From: Chrysomallon squamiferum
Taxonomy: Eukaryota > Animalia > Mollusca
Assembly: GCA_012295275.1 (NCBI GenBank)
Contig: CM022672.1
Span: forward strand, 23,560,001 to 23,624,000
DNA: 64,000 nucleotides
Direction: 5' to 3'
In this document: positions 62,079-64,000 of the stretch, one piece after another
Layout of the letters: each line of letters begins with the position of its first letter
Position numbering within the stretch: the first letter of the stretch is position 1
Notes under the pieces: model-generated
Database searches by the model: none
What the model was told of the DNA's origin: nothing
What the model saw: the letters and a program-made list of their open reading frames with translations, nothing else
Program-made: the position numbers and the translations under genes

Positions 62079-64000
62079 AAAAAGAAAATAATAATAATAA
62101 TATCCTGGTTCAGTATAAATGATTGTGTTATTTACAACAAATTGTGATGATATAAACTGATTTTTAACTGTTAATGTTAAGAGCATTTCTTTTCGTCATT
62201 ACATACTTGTTTTATTAGGTTTATTTACAAAGAATATGGTATTAAACAAAAATTATTTTCTCATAAAACATTTCAAGTTTTAAAAATTATTTTTTTAATT
62301 TCAGAACCCACTTATTGCTGATATATACACTGAGCATTCCAAGGAGACAACTGTGGCCCAGTATTCACCTAGTGGTTTTTATATAGCTTCTGGAGGTATT
62401 TGTTTTCATAATTTAAAAAAATAAAAATATTTAGTTCTGGCAGGTAGTAAAAACCCATTGACACTCAAAATAACAGTATTTGATAACTTGTTTCTATTTT
62501 CTATCTCATAACATTATAATCTAAAGCATAATATAACTATTAAAAGCTAAATTAATGTTATTTAAATAAGAAAGAATAAAAATTCTTTTTAAAGATTAAA
62601 TTACATAATAACTGAATGAAATTAATTTCAATACTGTCTTGTCTCAATGTTCCAATCACCTGTTTGTATTACTATAACTCCAAATTTAATTTAACATTTA
62701 TTAGATGCAAGTGGAAAAGTTCGCATCTGGGATACAACACAGAAAGAACACATCCTGAAATATGAATATCAGCCAATTGCTGGTAAAATCAAGGACATTG
62801 CTTGGACAGAAGACAGCAAGAGACTTGTTGTTGGAGGTGAAGGACGAGAAAAGTAAGTATATTTTTACTCCTCCTCATTTTAATAGAACTTTTTTTTTTT
62901 TTCTATCAATTACTTCTGTGTAAAACCTTTCTCTCTGAACTTGTATGTATATATAAGTTTGTGTGTGTGTGTAATGCTCAGATTAATTTAATTAGAAAGA
63001 TTTTTTCTGTTTTAAAATTGAATTCATTAATGATCAACTTTGATTAGAATAAAGTTCTAAGCATAATATCCCAAAATGTATTTATTTGTGTCTTATTGAT
63101 CTATCAAGTTATTTAGAGTAGTAAAAACATTTACTGAGGTATATCCTTTATAACAAAAAAAACAAACAACTATAAGCCATAGTATTTCAATTTTAATACC
63201 TGTAAAATATCTATTTCAGATTTGGTGCAGTGTTTATGTGGGATACTGGTACTTCAGTTGGTAATATTATGGGTATGGGAAAGACCATCAACTCGGTGGA
63301 CTTCAAGCCCAACAGACCATATCGGTGTGTGACAGCTAGTGAGGATTTCTCTCTAGCATTCATGGAAGGACCACCTTTTAAATTCAAACAAAATTTAAAA
63401 GTAAGAATATGTATTTTATTTTGTAATTGGCTGAAGTAATTGTATTTTCATAACTTCTTTTTATCTAATATTTCTTAACCTTAGTTTAGAGTTTGGTCAT
63501 TCAGTGGACTGTTTAAGAGATCTTTGAGTGACTGTTTTGAATGCTGTCATGATAGTAATAAATCTGTAAAGATTATTTAACAAAGAAATTGTAAGTCTAA
63601 AACTGAATTAAAAACTACCAATATTTTTAAAGTCTGATTTTGGTGGGTTGTATTAAACATTTTTTTTTTAAATTTACTTCATTTCAAGGACTGAATGACT
63701 ATTACATGGAAATTTAAAAACTTTTATTTTACAGTTTATAATTCCATACATCTTATGTTGACATCCAGTAATAAAATTCATTTGAGACAAAAAGCATTGA
63801 ACATTTAATGATAAAGTTTTTCATACCTTCAATATTAAACTAATGATTTTTTTTTATTTTTTAGGAACATACAAATTTCGTCAATGCAGTGCGATATTCT
63901 CCAACAGGAGACAATTTTATATCGTGTGGTGCTGATGGAAAGGTATTATATTTCTTCTAGATGTTCACAATAAACAAGGAGTAAGGACATTAAAATATCA
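60614..64000 (+). CDS. WDR1: WD-repeat protein 1 / actin-interacting protein 1 (5' part; continues past right edge)
   Basis: Approximate exons 60614-60629, 61811-61933 ([39 protein letters not shown]), 62305-62395 (DIYTEHS...[11 protein letters not shown]), 62705-62852 ([18 protein letters not shown]), 63220-63400 ([13 protein letters not shown]...FMEGPPFKF), 63865-63942. Confidence 0.95.

Overview
AT-rich, microsatellite-rich, intron-containing animal genomic DNA, most likely lophotrochozoan/molluscan (inferred from gene content and repeat style, not verified). I rebuilt gene models by hand from splice signals and reading frames. In order: FAM136A (-, runs off the left edge) head-to-head with WDR34/DYNC2I2 (+, with an AT-AC minor-spliceosome intron); C10orf88/PAAT (-) head-to-head with SMIM8 (+); an intronless, frameshifted type II membrane protein with FkbM-like and deacetylase-like regions (-); Hint/Hog gene copy 1 (+); ACADSB (-); Hint/Hog gene copy 2 (+); an SLC5A8/12-like transporter with two duplicated first coding exons (+); a degraded LINE endonuclease fragment; a secreted multi-repeat Gly-rich peptide precursor (-); a Tigger-like remnant; and WDR1 (+, runs off the right edge). 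Two systems stand out. (1) Two hedgehog-type autoprocessing (Hog) proteins carry a signal peptide plus a 32-40 aa peptide with a conserved 8-cysteine framework in place of the Hedge ligand, suggesting self-cleaved, possibly sterol-tagged disulfide-rich peptides. (2) A prepro-protein is built of 480-bp repeats, each encoding a ~139 aa Gln-initiated Gly/Ser-rich peptide ending GFWF-GKR, separated by acidic spacers. Single-base frameshifts in several genes, including ACADSB, suggest consensus indel errors, so apparent pseudogenisation here is not trustworthy without reads.
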